Assembly: GCA_048884785.1 (NCBI GenBank) | Contig: JBHLQM010000059.1 | Location: forward strand, 1 to 23,389 | Length of the DNA stretch: 23,389 nt | Source of the DNA: Candidatus Thorarchaeota archaeon | GTDB lineage: Archaea > Asgardarchaeota > Thorarchaeia > Thorarchaeales > Thorarchaeaceae | Direction: 5' to 3' | Shown: in pieces, positions 1-8,312 of the stretch | Position numbering within the stretch: position 1 is the first letter of the stretch | How the letters are laid out: every line of letters starts with the position of its first letter | Program-made: the position numbers and the translations under genes | The notes under the pieces: generated by a model | Told to the model about the DNA's origin: nothing | Seen by the model: only the letters and a program-made list of their open reading frames with translations | Databases searched by the model: none

Positions 1-965
1 GCATGTACTGCTTGAGCAATCCTCTTGTTATCAGGAATGAAATAGTCTTCAAGTGGCGGACTGAATGGTACCGGTGTGTCAGGTGCATTAACTCTCTTAA
101 TGGGAGCATCAAGCCAATCAAAAGCTTCTTCCTGAACGATAGCCGCCACTTCTGCGGTAGTAGCGAGCGTCTTTGTTTCTTCCGTTACTAGGACAAGTCT
201 TCCGGTTTTCTTCACCGAGTCTATCAGGGTCTTCTTGTCCAGTGGAACAAGTGTTCTCGGATCTATGATTTCAGCACTTATTCCCTCTTTGGCAAGCTCA
301 TCTGCGACTTCCAATGATTTGTGCAGCATATACATAGTTCCCCAGATGGTGACATCCTCTCCTTCTCGAATGACATTCGCCTTACCAAATGGTGTCACAT
401 AGTCTTCATCAGGTACTTCTCCTTTCTTATCGTAGACCAACTTATGTTCTGCAAAAAGAACTGGGTCTGGATTCCTAATGGCAGTCTTAATCAACCCCTT
501 AGCATCGGCTGCAAATGCTGGAACGGCTACCTTCAATCCTGGAGTGTGCATGAACCATGATTCCAAGCTTTGCGAGTGGTGAGAGGCGATATTCTTACCA
601 CCTCCAAACACGGTTCGTATGACCACTGGAACAGAGGTCTGTCCTCCAAACATATACCTCATCTTGGCTGCCTGGTTACACACTTGGTCCATTGCCAAGG
701 CAATCAAGTCGCCAAACATGATTTCCGCTACAGGTCTCATACCTGTAATAGCTGCACCAATCGCGGCACCAACAATTGTGTTTTCAGAGATGGGCGTATC
801 CCTGACTCTGTTTTCGCCAAACTCCTCTGCCAGACCCTTTGTTACCTTAAATGCACCTCCCCAGTTAAGCCCTACATCCTCTCCCATAATGAAGACTCTT
901 TCATCTCTAAGCATCTCTTCCCGAAGTCCTTCCCTCAGGGCATCTCGATATGTCTTCTCAGTCAT
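1..965 (-). CDS. 2-oxoacid/acetoin dehydrogenase E1 component, beta subunit (3' end runs off the left edge; missing from the ORF track)
   Basis: Manual translation from ATG at 965 is open to the window edge (about 321 codons): MTEKTYRDALREGLREEMLRDERVFIMGEDVG...RVRDTPISENTIVGAAIGAAITGMRPVAEIMFGD...HHSQSLESWF...EIIDPRTLVPLD...LDAPIKRVNAPDTPVPFSPPLE. These are hallmark E1-beta motifs. The start lies directly after the alpha-subunit stop codon. Confidence 0.95.
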   Translation of the reverse strand, partial: MTEKTYRDALREGLREEMLRDERVFIMGEDVGLNWGGAFKVTKGLAEEFGENRVRDTPISENTIVGAAIGAAITGMRPVAEIMFGDLIALAMDQVCNQAAKMRYMFGGQTSVPVVIRTVFGGGKNIASHHSQSLESWFMHTPGLKVAVPAFAADAKGLIKTAIRNPDPVLFAEHKLVYDKKGEVPDEDYVTPFGKANVIREGEDVTIWGTMYMLHKSLEVADELAKEGISAEIIDPRTLVPLDKKTLIDSVKKTGRLVLVTEETKTLATTAEVAAIVQEEAFDWLDAPIKRVNAPDTPVPFSPPLEDYFIPDNKRIAQAVH

Positions 966-1940
966 CTAGATCGCCTCCGCATAAACATCTTCTAGTGCAT
1001 CTTCAGGCTTGGGAAGGTCGGATTTCCTCGCAAACTCTGCAGCATTGTCTATTTCCTTTTGGAGTTGCTTTCTGATTTTCTCTGCTTCTTTTTCAGTAAG
1101 AGCTCCTTTCTCGATGGCAATCTTCCTGATCATATTGACGGCGTCCCGTTCTTCACTTAGCCATCTCTTTGCCTCGTCTTCTGGACGATATTTGGCTGCA
1201 TCAAATCGCGAATGGCCCTTCATCCTGTAGGTCTGACATTCTATGAGTGTTGGGCCCCCGCCATCACGAGCTCTCTCAACCGCTTCGGCCGTCGCCTCAT
1301 ATACTTCAAGGGCATTATTTCCATCAACCACTCTATTCGGAATGCAATAGCCATTTGCTCTCTCTGCAATGGTTCCAGATGGGCAAGTCATTTTGATTGG
1401 TGTTCCCATCGCGTATAGATTGTTCTCGACAATCCAGATAACAGGCAGTTTCCAGATTGCCGACATATTCAGTGACTCCCCAAATGTACCATTATTCGAC
1501 GCTCCATCCCCAAAGAAACAAGCAACGACATCTTTGGTTCCTCTCATTTGGCACGAAAGGGCAGCACCTGCAGCAATTGGCAGTCCTGATGCTACTACTC
1601 CCGTGGCGCCTAGAACTCCCTTTCCAAATTCCGTGATGTGCATGGAACCACCTTTTCCCTTGCATGAACCGGTTGCTTTTCCTAGGAGTTCAGCAAGAGC
1701 GGCATTCGGATCTGCTCCTTTTGCAACAACATGACCATGACCTCTATGAGTGCTTTGAATCCAGTCAGAGTCTTTTAACGCAACTGCAACACCTGCCGCT
1801 GTAGCCTCTTGTCCAAGATACAAATGTAAAGTTCCGGGAACGATATTCTCACCAAATAACTCCCAGACTTTTTCTTCAAAAAGACGAACTCGAAGAGTTC
1901 TGGTATAAAGATCGACTAGTATCTTCTTATCAACTGTCAT
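966..1940 (-). CDS. TPP-dependent 2-oxoacid/acetoin dehydrogenase E1 component, alpha subunit (substrate not determined)
   Basis: 324 aa with HLYLGQEA, STHRGHGH, GKGGSMH, the TPP-binding motif GDGA...ENN, and TYRMKGHSRFD. Abuts the E1 beta gene. Confidence 0.95.
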   Translation of the reverse strand: MTVDKKILVDLYTRTLRVRLFEEKVWELFGENIVPGTLHLYLGQEATAAGVAVALKDSDWIQSTHRGHGHVVAKGADPNAALAELLGKATGSCKGKGGSMHITEFGKGVLGATGVVASGLPIAAGAALSCQMRGTKDVVACFFGDGASNNGTFGESLNMSAIWKLPVIWIVENNLYAMGTPIKMTCPSGTIAERANGYCIPNRVVDGNNALEVYEATAEAVERARDGGGPTLIECQTYRMKGHSRFDAAKYRPEDEAKRWLSEERDAVNMIRKIAIEKGALTEKEAEKIRKQLQKEIDNAAEFARKSDLPKPEDALEDVYAEAI

Positions 1941-1994
1941 TTTATCAATCCGCCTTTGGGGAGTAGGGCTATTAGAAGGCTCCCCCGACTAATA

Positions 1995-2002
1995 TCTATA
2001 AA
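1995..2002 (-). promoter_or_regulatory. Putative archaeal TATA box (TTTATAGA) for the E1 operon
   Basis: TATA-like octamer about 55 nt upstream of the E1-alpha ATG, in the divergent intergenic region. Confidence 0.4.
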
Positions 2003-2141
2003 CTCTTCGAAGTAGCACTCAATGTTACTAATATAAGGTCAATCTAGGCATAAACTCCCTCTCAAGGGCTTAAACACAAAACCGCAATCCATATCATTTG
2101 GCATGAACTGTAAAAAAATAATGGATAGGTGGTTTTTGGCA

Positions 2142-2540
2142 ATGAACCGTGTAGGAGTCCAAGTTCTACTGACATCTGGCAGAACATTGATTCAAGGAAG
2201 AACAATGGAGATTGGGAAGCTTACAGAGGATTATACCCAGGCTGTAGCCATCTGTGAGGTTGATAGTACCATACTCGATACCCTCGGGATTGCAGCTGGA
2301 GAGTCTATTGAAATTGAAACTCTCCATGGCACAGTCATTGTGAAGAGCAAATTGAGTAGGTCCAAGGACTCTCAAGTCGCATTCATGCCTTCAGGTCCGT
2401 ATTACAATGCCCTTCTGGATGCATACACTCAGGAGAGCGGAATGCCTGATTTCAAGGGTCTCAAGGCCAAGGTCTTCGCGGCAAAAGGGAAACCGATTAC
2501 TCCATTGAAAGACCTTCTTTTGTTGAAAGGAGGTAGATAG
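2142..2540 (+). CDS. fwdD: Formylmethanofuran dehydrogenase subunit D (molybdopterin dinucleotide-binding)
   Basis: LLTSGRTLIQG, AICEVD, AFMPSGPYYNAL and GMPDFKG motifs, immediately upstream of fwdB. ATG 2142 is preferred over 2103 because it follows an AGGTGG SD-like sequence. Confidence 0.88.
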   Translation: MNRVGVQVLLTSGRTLIQGRTMEIGKLTEDYTQAVAICEVDSTILDTLGIAAGESIEIETLHGTVIVKSKLSRSKDSQVAFMPSGPYYNALLDAYTQESGMPDFKGLKAKVFAAKGKPITPLKDLLLLKGGR

Positions 2541-3839
2541 ATGACGGAGTCGAAAACAATCTTTGAAGATGTTCCATGCACATTTTGTGGATGTCTGTGT
2601 GATGATATCATTCTAGAAGTTGAGAATGGAAACATCACTTCAATGAAAAATGGATGCACAATTAGCAAGAGCAGATTTCTCAATCATCATGATAATCGAC
2701 AAGAATATCCAACAATAAATCAGAAAGAAGTTTCTTTGGAAGAAGCGATTGAGAAGGCCATTGAAATAATTGCCAAAGCAAAAAGAACTCTCGTATATGG
2801 GTTGAGTTCAACTGAAAATGATGCCCATAGAGAGGCCTACAAGATTGCTGAGATCGCTGGTGGAGTAGTTGATAACACATCATCGGTGTGTCACGGTCCT
2901 ACCATTCTTGGCACGCAAGATTCAGGAGAAGCAGCAGCTTCGCTTGCTGAAGTAAGACATCGTTCGGATTTGGTAATCTATTGGGGTTCAAATCCAACTC
3001 AGGCACATCCTAGGCATGTTGATCGTTATGTTCGAGTTGCGGGAGAATATGTGAAAGATCCAAAAACTGAGAGAAAGCTATGGATGATCGATGTGCGTGA
3101 ATCAGAGAGCCGAAGAGTCGCAGACAGATTCATTCAGCTTGAGCCAGGCACTGATCTTGAGGTAATATCCTCTCTGCGTGCATTGATTAGAGGCCATCGA
3201 ATAGCCACAAAGGAAGTTGGAGGAGTGTCAGCTGAGGACCTGGTAGAGATGGCTGAAACGATGAAGAATGTGAAATATGGTGTTCTATTTTTTGGACTGG
3301 GCTTGACACAATCCAAGGGCCGCCATCGCAACATCGATGCCGCAATCAGGCTAGTTCAGGATTTGAATTCCTATACAAAGTGGAATATGATGCCCATGAG
3401 AGGGCATTACAATGTGAGTGGTGCAAACAAGACCTCAACTTGGCAAACGGGCTATCCATATGCTGTTGACTATGGCAGAGGTTATCCACGCTATCAACCC
3501 GGCGAGTATACAGCAGTTGACCTATTAGCACGTGGAGAGGTTGATGCAATGCTAAACATTGCTGCAGATCCTGGAGCTCATTTTCCACGGGCAGCGCTAA
3601 AGACGATGACGAATATTCCAATAATCAACATTGACCCGAAGAAGAACATGACTTCGCTTTTGGCTACTGTCAATATACCCTGTGCGGTGGCTGGAATCGA
3701 GTGTGACGGATGTGCCGACCGTATGGATGGTCTTCCTCTGTATCTGAAAAAAGTGGTCGATCCTCCTCAAGGCATTATACCTGATAGGGAGATTCTTCGT
3801 AGAATCTATGAAGGCTTACGAAAGGAGGCGGGCGAATGA
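2541..3839 (+). CDS. fwdB: Formylmethanofuran dehydrogenase subunit B (Mo/W-pterin catalytic subunit, Cys-type)
   Basis: N-terminal [4Fe-4S] motif CTFCGCLCDD...C, metal-ligand motif SSVCHGP, and YWGSNPTQAHPRH, PMRGHYNVSG, RMDGLP. GGAGG SD upstream. Confidence 0.95.
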   Translation: MTESKTIFEDVPCTFCGCLCDDIILEVENGNITSMKNGCTISKSRFLNHHDNRQEYPTINQKEVSLEEAIEKAIEIIAKAKRTLVYGLSSTENDAHREAYKIAEIAGGVVDNTSSVCHGPTILGTQDSGEAAASLAEVRHRSDLVIYWGSNPTQAHPRHVDRYVRVAGEYVKDPKTERKLWMIDVRESESRRVADRFIQLEPGTDLEVISSLRALIRGHRIATKEVGGVSAEDLVEMAETMKNVKYGVLFFGLGLTQSKGRHRNIDAAIRLVQDLNSYTKWNMMPMRGHYNVSGANKTSTWQTGYPYAVDYGRGYPRYQPGEYTAVDLLARGEVDAMLNIAADPGAHFPRAALKTMTNIPIINIDPKKNMTSLLATVNIPCAVAGIECDGCADRMDGLPLYLKKVVDPPQGIIPDREILRRIYEGLRKEAGE

Positions 3840-5581
3840 GCGATGAGATAATCCTTGCAAATGGCATTGTTTATGACCCAATCAACAAAATAGACGGTGA
3901 AGTAAAGGACATTTGTATCTCAAACGGAAAGATTGTTGAAAAGGTTGGAGAAAAGGCAAAGAAAATCGATGTGACTGGGAAGACAGTCTTCCCTGGTGGA
4001 GTAGACTTACACTCTCACATAGTAGGATCGAAACTGAATTTTGGCCGAGCAATGTGTCCAGAACAGCATCGTATGGAACCTCCTGTTGCAAGGACCAAGA
4101 ACACTCGTTCTGGTGTTGCTGGTACGATGTTTTCCTCCTATACTCTGGGATACAGGTATTCAACCATGGGCTATACAACCGTTGTAGAGCCGGCTCTACC
4201 TCCAATGAAGGCATTGGGCACTTGGGAGGAGCTCGAAGATATTCCTAATCTTAACAAAGCCCTCTTGCCGATGTTTGGAAACAGCATGATTACATACAAC
4301 TATGTGAAGAAGGGTGACATGTCGGGCCTTGCAGGGTATATCTCCTGGCTCCTAAAGGCAACTGGGGGCTATGGGGTAAAGGTGGTCAATCCCGGGGGCA
4401 CATATGCTTGGGCATATGGAAAGAATGTTCGAGAGCCAGATACCGAAATCCCTGAATGGGGAATCACACCTAGGCAAGTCATTCGAGCATTGGTGCAGGC
4501 AAATGAATCATTGGGTCTCCCCCACACAGTACATCTGCATCCAAACAATCTAGGGCGCGTTGGAAATGTAGATACAACAATTCAGGAGCTTGAGTGCGTG
4601 AAGGATCTCAAGGGGCATAGGGGGAGAAAACACGTAGTCCATCTGACACATATGTCGTTTGAAACGCTTGCATCCATTGAAGGAGGGGAGCCATCATGGA
4701 AGGATGTGAGTTCAGGCGGACTCGAGCTAGCCCAATACATGAATAAGAATAGACACTTCACGGCTGACCTTGGTCAAATAACATTTGGACCCGCCATGAC
4801 GATGACTGGTGATGGTCCATTCCAATTCACACTGCATCAAATGCAGCAGACAAAGTGGGCGAATATACCAGTAGACGTTGAGTTGCCAGGTGGTGCAGGC
4901 ATTGTTCCCTATAACTTCGAGATGAAATCTCCTGCCAACTCCGTTCAATGGACTATTCCGTTGGAGTTTGCTCTGAATGTGGAAGATCTCTGGCGAATAG
5001 TCGTCACAACGGACCATCCGAATGCTGGGCCCTTCACAAAGTATCCTTTGGTTCTCTCTTGGCTCATGAGCAGGAAGCAAAGATCTCTCTGGTTGGAAAA
5101 GGTACACAAGTTTGCACGCGAGAGATCTACTTTGGAAGGTATTGAACGTGAATGGTCCATGTATGATGTGGCTATTTGTACTCGAGCCGCCGCCGCACGA
5201 ATCCTAGGAATGGATAAGACAAAAGGCCATCTCGGAGTGGGAGCTGATGCAGATATAGCCGTCTATGACATCAATGCCCAAAAGACAAACCTTGCTGAGA
5301 ATCCCGATAAGATTGTATCCGGATTCGATTCGACTTTTGCAACCATATTGAACGGTGAAGTAGTCGCCAAGAAAGGCAAAGTTATGAAGACTCCACATGG
5401 ACGAGTCATTTCTGTCGCTGCTCGGTTGAACGATGATTTGACCAAGAGATCAAACTCTGAAATCAAGGGAATGATCACACGATGGTACTCTCACTCATAC
5501 CAAAACTACTCAGTCCCCTCCAGATACAGAGAGCACCTTGAGGATGTTATGACACTCGATTCTCGGAGTGTTCCCGCCTAA
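3836..5581 (+). CDS. fwdA: Formylmethanofuran dehydrogenase subunit A (binuclear amidohydrolase)
   Basis: NGIVYDPINKIDGE, GGVDLHSH, GVKVVNPGG (carboxylated Lys position), VHLHPNNLG, HLTH, TTDHPNAGPF, KGHLGVGADADIAVY. ATGA overlap with fwdB. Confidence 0.95.
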   Translation: MSDEIILANGIVYDPINKIDGEVKDICISNGKIVEKVGEKAKKIDVTGKTVFPGGVDLHSHIVGSKLNFGRAMCPEQHRMEPPVARTKNTRSGVAGTMFSSYTLGYRYSTMGYTTVVEPALPPMKALGTWEELEDIPNLNKALLPMFGNSMITYNYVKKGDMSGLAGYISWLLKATGGYGVKVVNPGGTYAWAYGKNVREPDTEIPEWGITPRQVIRALVQANESLGLPHTVHLHPNNLGRVGNVDTTIQELECVKDLKGHRGRKHVVHLTHMSFETLASIEGGEPSWKDVSSGGLELAQYMNKNRHFTADLGQITFGPAMTMTGDGPFQFTLHQMQQTKWANIPVDVELPGGAGIVPYNFEMKSPANSVQWTIPLEFALNVEDLWRIVVTTDHPNAGPFTKYPLVLSWLMSRKQRSLWLEKVHKFARERSTLEGIEREWSMYDVAICTRAAAARILGMDKTKGHLGVGADADIAVYDINAQKTNLAENPDKIVSGFDSTFATILNGEVVAKKGKVMKTPHGRVISVAARLNDDLTKRSNSEIKGMITRWYSHSYQNYSVPSRYREHLEDVMTLDSRSVPA

Positions 5582-6357
5582 TGGAAGAAAAGGAACTCGA
5601 TCAATACAGGAGAGGTTACGAAAAGGCCGCCAGATATTACAATCTCTTCGCGAACAATGACGATGTTCCTTTCTATCTGTTATATGCAAAGAAACAGGGA
5701 CCTCCAATTCTAGACCTTGCAGCTGGGACCGGGAGAATTTCTCTTGAGCTAGCTCGGAGTGGATTTGAAGTGGTTGCTCTCGAGTCCTCCCCAGCAATGA
5801 TCGAGGAATTTAGACGACAATTGGAAATCCACCCTGATAATGTTTCTAATAGAATCACAATCGTTGAGGGCAATATGCTCGACTTCAATCTATCTCGGAC
5901 TTTTCCACTAGTCATTATACCTTCTTCATTTGGTCATGCCTTAACCACTGATGAACAGCTAGCACTATTAAGATGCGTTAGAAATCACTTGAGAGATGAT
6001 GGCCTCTTTATAGTGGATCTATTCCCAGGAGGAAGACAGCCTCTTCATGGATCTTTCGCTGAGAATCCTGTTGACCTGGGTGATGGAACAACTGTGTCAA
6101 GATCAGGCACCATTGAAACCAATGCAATTACTCAGATACTATCGCTTGACCTGACATTTACAATAAGAGACAAAGCCACTGGAAGGGTTTTGGAAACCAT
6201 ATCGCAGAAATCAGGAGCAGCACTTGTCTTTAACAGAGAGGCTGATCTATTGATGAGAGCAGCCAAACTCAACATTGTTGATGAGTTTGGAGGTTTTGAT
6301 AGAACGCCCTATACCGAAGACTCAGGAAGACGAATACTTGTGCTTTCAAAGGATTAA
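5581..6357 (+). CDS. Class I SAM-dependent methyltransferase
   Basis: Motif I ILDLAAGTGRI, VVALESSPAMI, VEGNMLDFNL...FPLVII, HLRDDGLFIVD. 1-nt TAATG overlap with the fwdA stop. Confidence 0.9.
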   Translation: MEEKELDQYRRGYEKAARYYNLFANNDDVPFYLLYAKKQGPPILDLAAGTGRISLELARSGFEVVALESSPAMIEEFRRQLEIHPDNVSNRITIVEGNMLDFNLSRTFPLVIIPSSFGHALTTDEQLALLRCVRNHLRDDGLFIVDLFPGGRQPLHGSFAENPVDLGDGTTVSRSGTIETNAITQILSLDLTFTIRDKATGRVLETISQKSGAALVFNREADLLMRAAKLNIVDEFGGFDRTPYTEDSGRRILVLSKD

Positions 6358-6413
6358 GAAAACTGTAGATCGAGCAGTGATCCCATTCGCAGGACCACTG
6401 CAACCTAAATTAA

Positions 6414-7676
6414 TCAAAGGACTTCTTCTGGAGGTGGAAGTTTGTCAACTTTCTTGGGTTCAGACTTAAGACTGACTTTCTCTTCCATCTCGAGTCTATC
6501 AGTGTATTGAATCTCTCCCTCGACTATGGTTCCACGTTCAATGTAGATATCCTGACCATAGACACTCTTGACCCTTGAACGTTCTTCGATTCTGATTTCT
6601 TCACCATAAAGGGAATCTGTTCTTGCTCTCTCACGAACAAGAATCTCACGTGATTCAACAGGTCCTGTGACTTCGCCTCTGCCGCCTAATCTAAACCCAT
6701 CGGCCTTGATGTATTTGGCTTCAATTCGGCCTCCAACTATTACGCGATAGGTGTCAATACGCCCTGAAACGATGAGGGTACCGCCGACTTTGATTTTTTG
6801 GTCGCATTTGAAGTCGCCATCCACAGTTGCTTTGCCACCTACATCCAAGTCACCTGTTAATTCAAGGGGTCCATCAACGAGCACAGAGCCTCCAACATCG
6901 ATTTCTCTTCCAGATGCAGGACCCCCGAGCTTCACTGTGCCGCCAACATCAATTGATCCGAATCGGACTTCTCCGCGCGATTTGAAGCTCCCTCCAACAT
7001 CAATAGACTCAACAAATGAGCCTGGTCCAACACTAACAGAGCCTCCAACATCTATTTCATCAATTTCAACCGCACCCTCTGCCTTGAAGCTGCCTCCGAT
7101 GTTGACCACTCCGATCTTTCCACGGTTGACTCTTCCACTGCCGCCAACTTTCATCTCGTCACTACGGATTTCTCCCATGACCTTGATTGAGCCGCCCGCT
7201 CGAAGTTCATTTACACTGGCATTTCCCTCAATTTTTACTGAACCGCCGCCATTGATTTTCTCAGCTGTGGCATTTCCTGCTACGCCCACTGAACCACCGC
7301 CTGATGCTGTGGAACATGTAAGATCTTTTCCAACTCGTAGGCTTGCGTCGGCCCGTACCTCTCGTGCAGAGAGCGAACCACTGACGTCCAGCGCCCCTTT
7401 TTCTACTCGAGCGCTCTTATCTAATATCAAGTCACCATTTACAAGAATCACATCGCGAGTCCTTGCATGCAGAGAGCCTGCTTTAAGAGAGCCCTCTATT
7501 TCAAGAGAGCCTTGAATCCTAACAGTGCCAGTGACTACTATAACATCGCCTTCTGCTGGGACCAGTCGCGTACAGCTGACGAGATCCAGATTTCCATCCA
7601 CTCTTGAGAGAACTACCTCTTCCTCATTTGAAAATCTCGTCGCCGTTTGTTCTTTACCATTATCGTAATCCGACAT
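6414..7676 (-). CDS. Polymer-forming cytoskeletal (bactofilin-like, BacE/BacF-type) beta-helix protein, extended
   Basis: 420 aa, rich in Gly/Val/Ile, with regular 16-18 aa repeats. The C-terminus (SVYGQDIYIERGTIVEGEIQYTDRLEM) resembles Bacillus YhbE/YhbF-type bactofilins. GGTGA SD and a TTTATATA box lie upstream. Confidence 0.75.
   Translation of the reverse strand: MSDYDNGKEQTATRFSNEEEVVLSRVDGNLDLVSCTRLVPAEGDVIVVTGTVRIQGSLEIEGSLKAGSLHARTRDVILVNGDLILDKSARVEKGALDVSGSLSAREVRADASLRVGKDLTCSTASGGGSVGVAGNATAEKINGGGSVKIEGNASVNELRAGGSIKVMGEIRSDEMKVGGSGRVNRGKIGVVNIGGSFKAEGAVEIDEIDVGGSVSVGPGSFVESIDVGGSFKSRGEVRFGSIDVGGTVKLGGPASGREIDVGGSVLVDGPLELTGDLDVGGKATVDGDFKCDQKIKVGGTLIVSGRIDTYRVIVGGRIEAKYIKADGFRLGGRGEVTGPVESREILVRERARTDSLYGEEIRIEERSRVKSVYGQDIYIERGTIVEGEIQYTDRLEMEEKVSLKSEPKKVDKLPPPEEVL
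6640..7301 (-). repeat. 13 tandem 16-18 aa coding repeats, each beginning [V/I/L/A/G]GG
   Basis: GGGSVGVAGNATAEKIN / GGGSVKIEGNASVNELR / AGGSIKVMGEIRSDEMK / VGGSGRVNRGKIGVVN / IGGSFKAEGAVEIDEID / VGGSVSVGPGSFVESID / VGGSFKSRGEVRFGSID / VGGTVKLGGPASGREID / VGGSVLVDGPLELTGDLD / VGGKATVDGDFKCDQKIK / VGGTLIVSGRIDTYRVI / VGGRIEAKYIKADGFR / LGGR... Confidence 0.85.
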
Positions 7677-7724
7677 TTAACTTGTCACCATTGTGTTTTG
7701 TCTGACTAAGTCTCCTAAATTCAA

Positions 7725-7732
7725 TATATAAA
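7725..7732 (-). promoter_or_regulatory. Putative TATA box (TTTATATA) of the bactofilin-like gene
   Basis: Consensus archaeal TATA about 50 nt upstream of ATG 7676, with a GGTGA SD in between. Confidence 0.55.
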
Positions 7733-7883
7733 GCGGAACCACATAATAGGGTCACAATTTGTTACTAGCAAAATGTAATTTCCTACATTCTGGAGAGGGC
7801 TATCTTCGCATCTGATGTTCTGAGGATTGGTGTGCTTCAATTGAGAGCTGCTCAATACCATCGCGTAACCCCCCAGATTTCGA

Positions 7884-8192
7884 TTACATTCCAATAATTG
7901 GCTCTGGTATTGGTATGCCAACTAGACCTGCTAATCTCTTGTAGATTTCAAGATATTGATGCCCTCTTACAGTAACACTATAGACGATGCTACCCTCATC
8001 ATCATCCTGCTGAAGAAGACCTCTTCCCACAAGCTCCGTGATACTTTCTTTGGCTCTATCAACTGGCATATTCGTGGACCGTGCCGCTCGAGTCAGCGGA
8101 CAGTAGCCATACACCATGACAATACGCAACAGCTCAGCATAGATATCGTATCGTGTCCGTTTGATACGCTCGAGTTTTTTCTTCTTTGACAT
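7884..8192 (-). CDS. Archaeal winged helix-turn-helix transcriptional regulator (HTH_45-like)
   Basis: 102 aa from ATG 8192: KRTRYDIYAELL...LTRAARSTNM...ELVGRGLL...YSVTVRGHQYLEIY. The longer 8285 start would overlap the divergent ORF and its promoter. Confidence 0.82.
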   Translation of the reverse strand: MSKKKKLERIKRTRYDIYAELLRIVMVYGYCPLTRAARSTNMPVDRAKESITELVGRGLLQQDDDEGSIVYSVTVRGHQYLEIYKRLAGLVGIPIPEPIIGM

Positions 8193-8312
8193 CAGAGAGC
8201 TCCCGTTCAACACGTCAAAGAAGACACATAAAAACTCATGGACATGCGCCTGATTTGCAGCATATGTTTTCCCCTGTATGCACAAGGAACGCTTATGACC
8301 AATAATTCCTGC

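Noticed and set aside
3-995. Plus-strand ORFs 3-191, 321-560, 570-995 and 619-969
   Set aside because: They are antisense shadows of the E1-beta gene, which the ORF track missed because its stop lies outside the window.
2880-2900. Selenocysteine-type FwuB or UGA recoding
   Set aside because: The metal-ligand codon in SSVCHGP is TGT (Cys), and no gene in the window needs UGA readthrough to be complete.
6751-7515. 254-aa Pro/Ser/Thr-rich plus-strand ORF
   Set aside because: It is the antisense shadow of the Gly-rich repeat gene (GGN codons read as Pro/Thr/Ser/Ala) and has no independent signals.
6414-7676. Beta-helix gene as the missing fwdC
   Set aside because: GGSVxxxGNA superficially recalls FwdC repeats. 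However, the gene is on the opposite strand with its own promoter, lacks the GxxMxxG repeat pattern, and has a BacE/F-like C-terminus.
7721-7921. 66-aa minus-strand ORF
   Set aside because: It overlaps the wHTH 3' end and the bactofilin promoter and has no recognisable motif.
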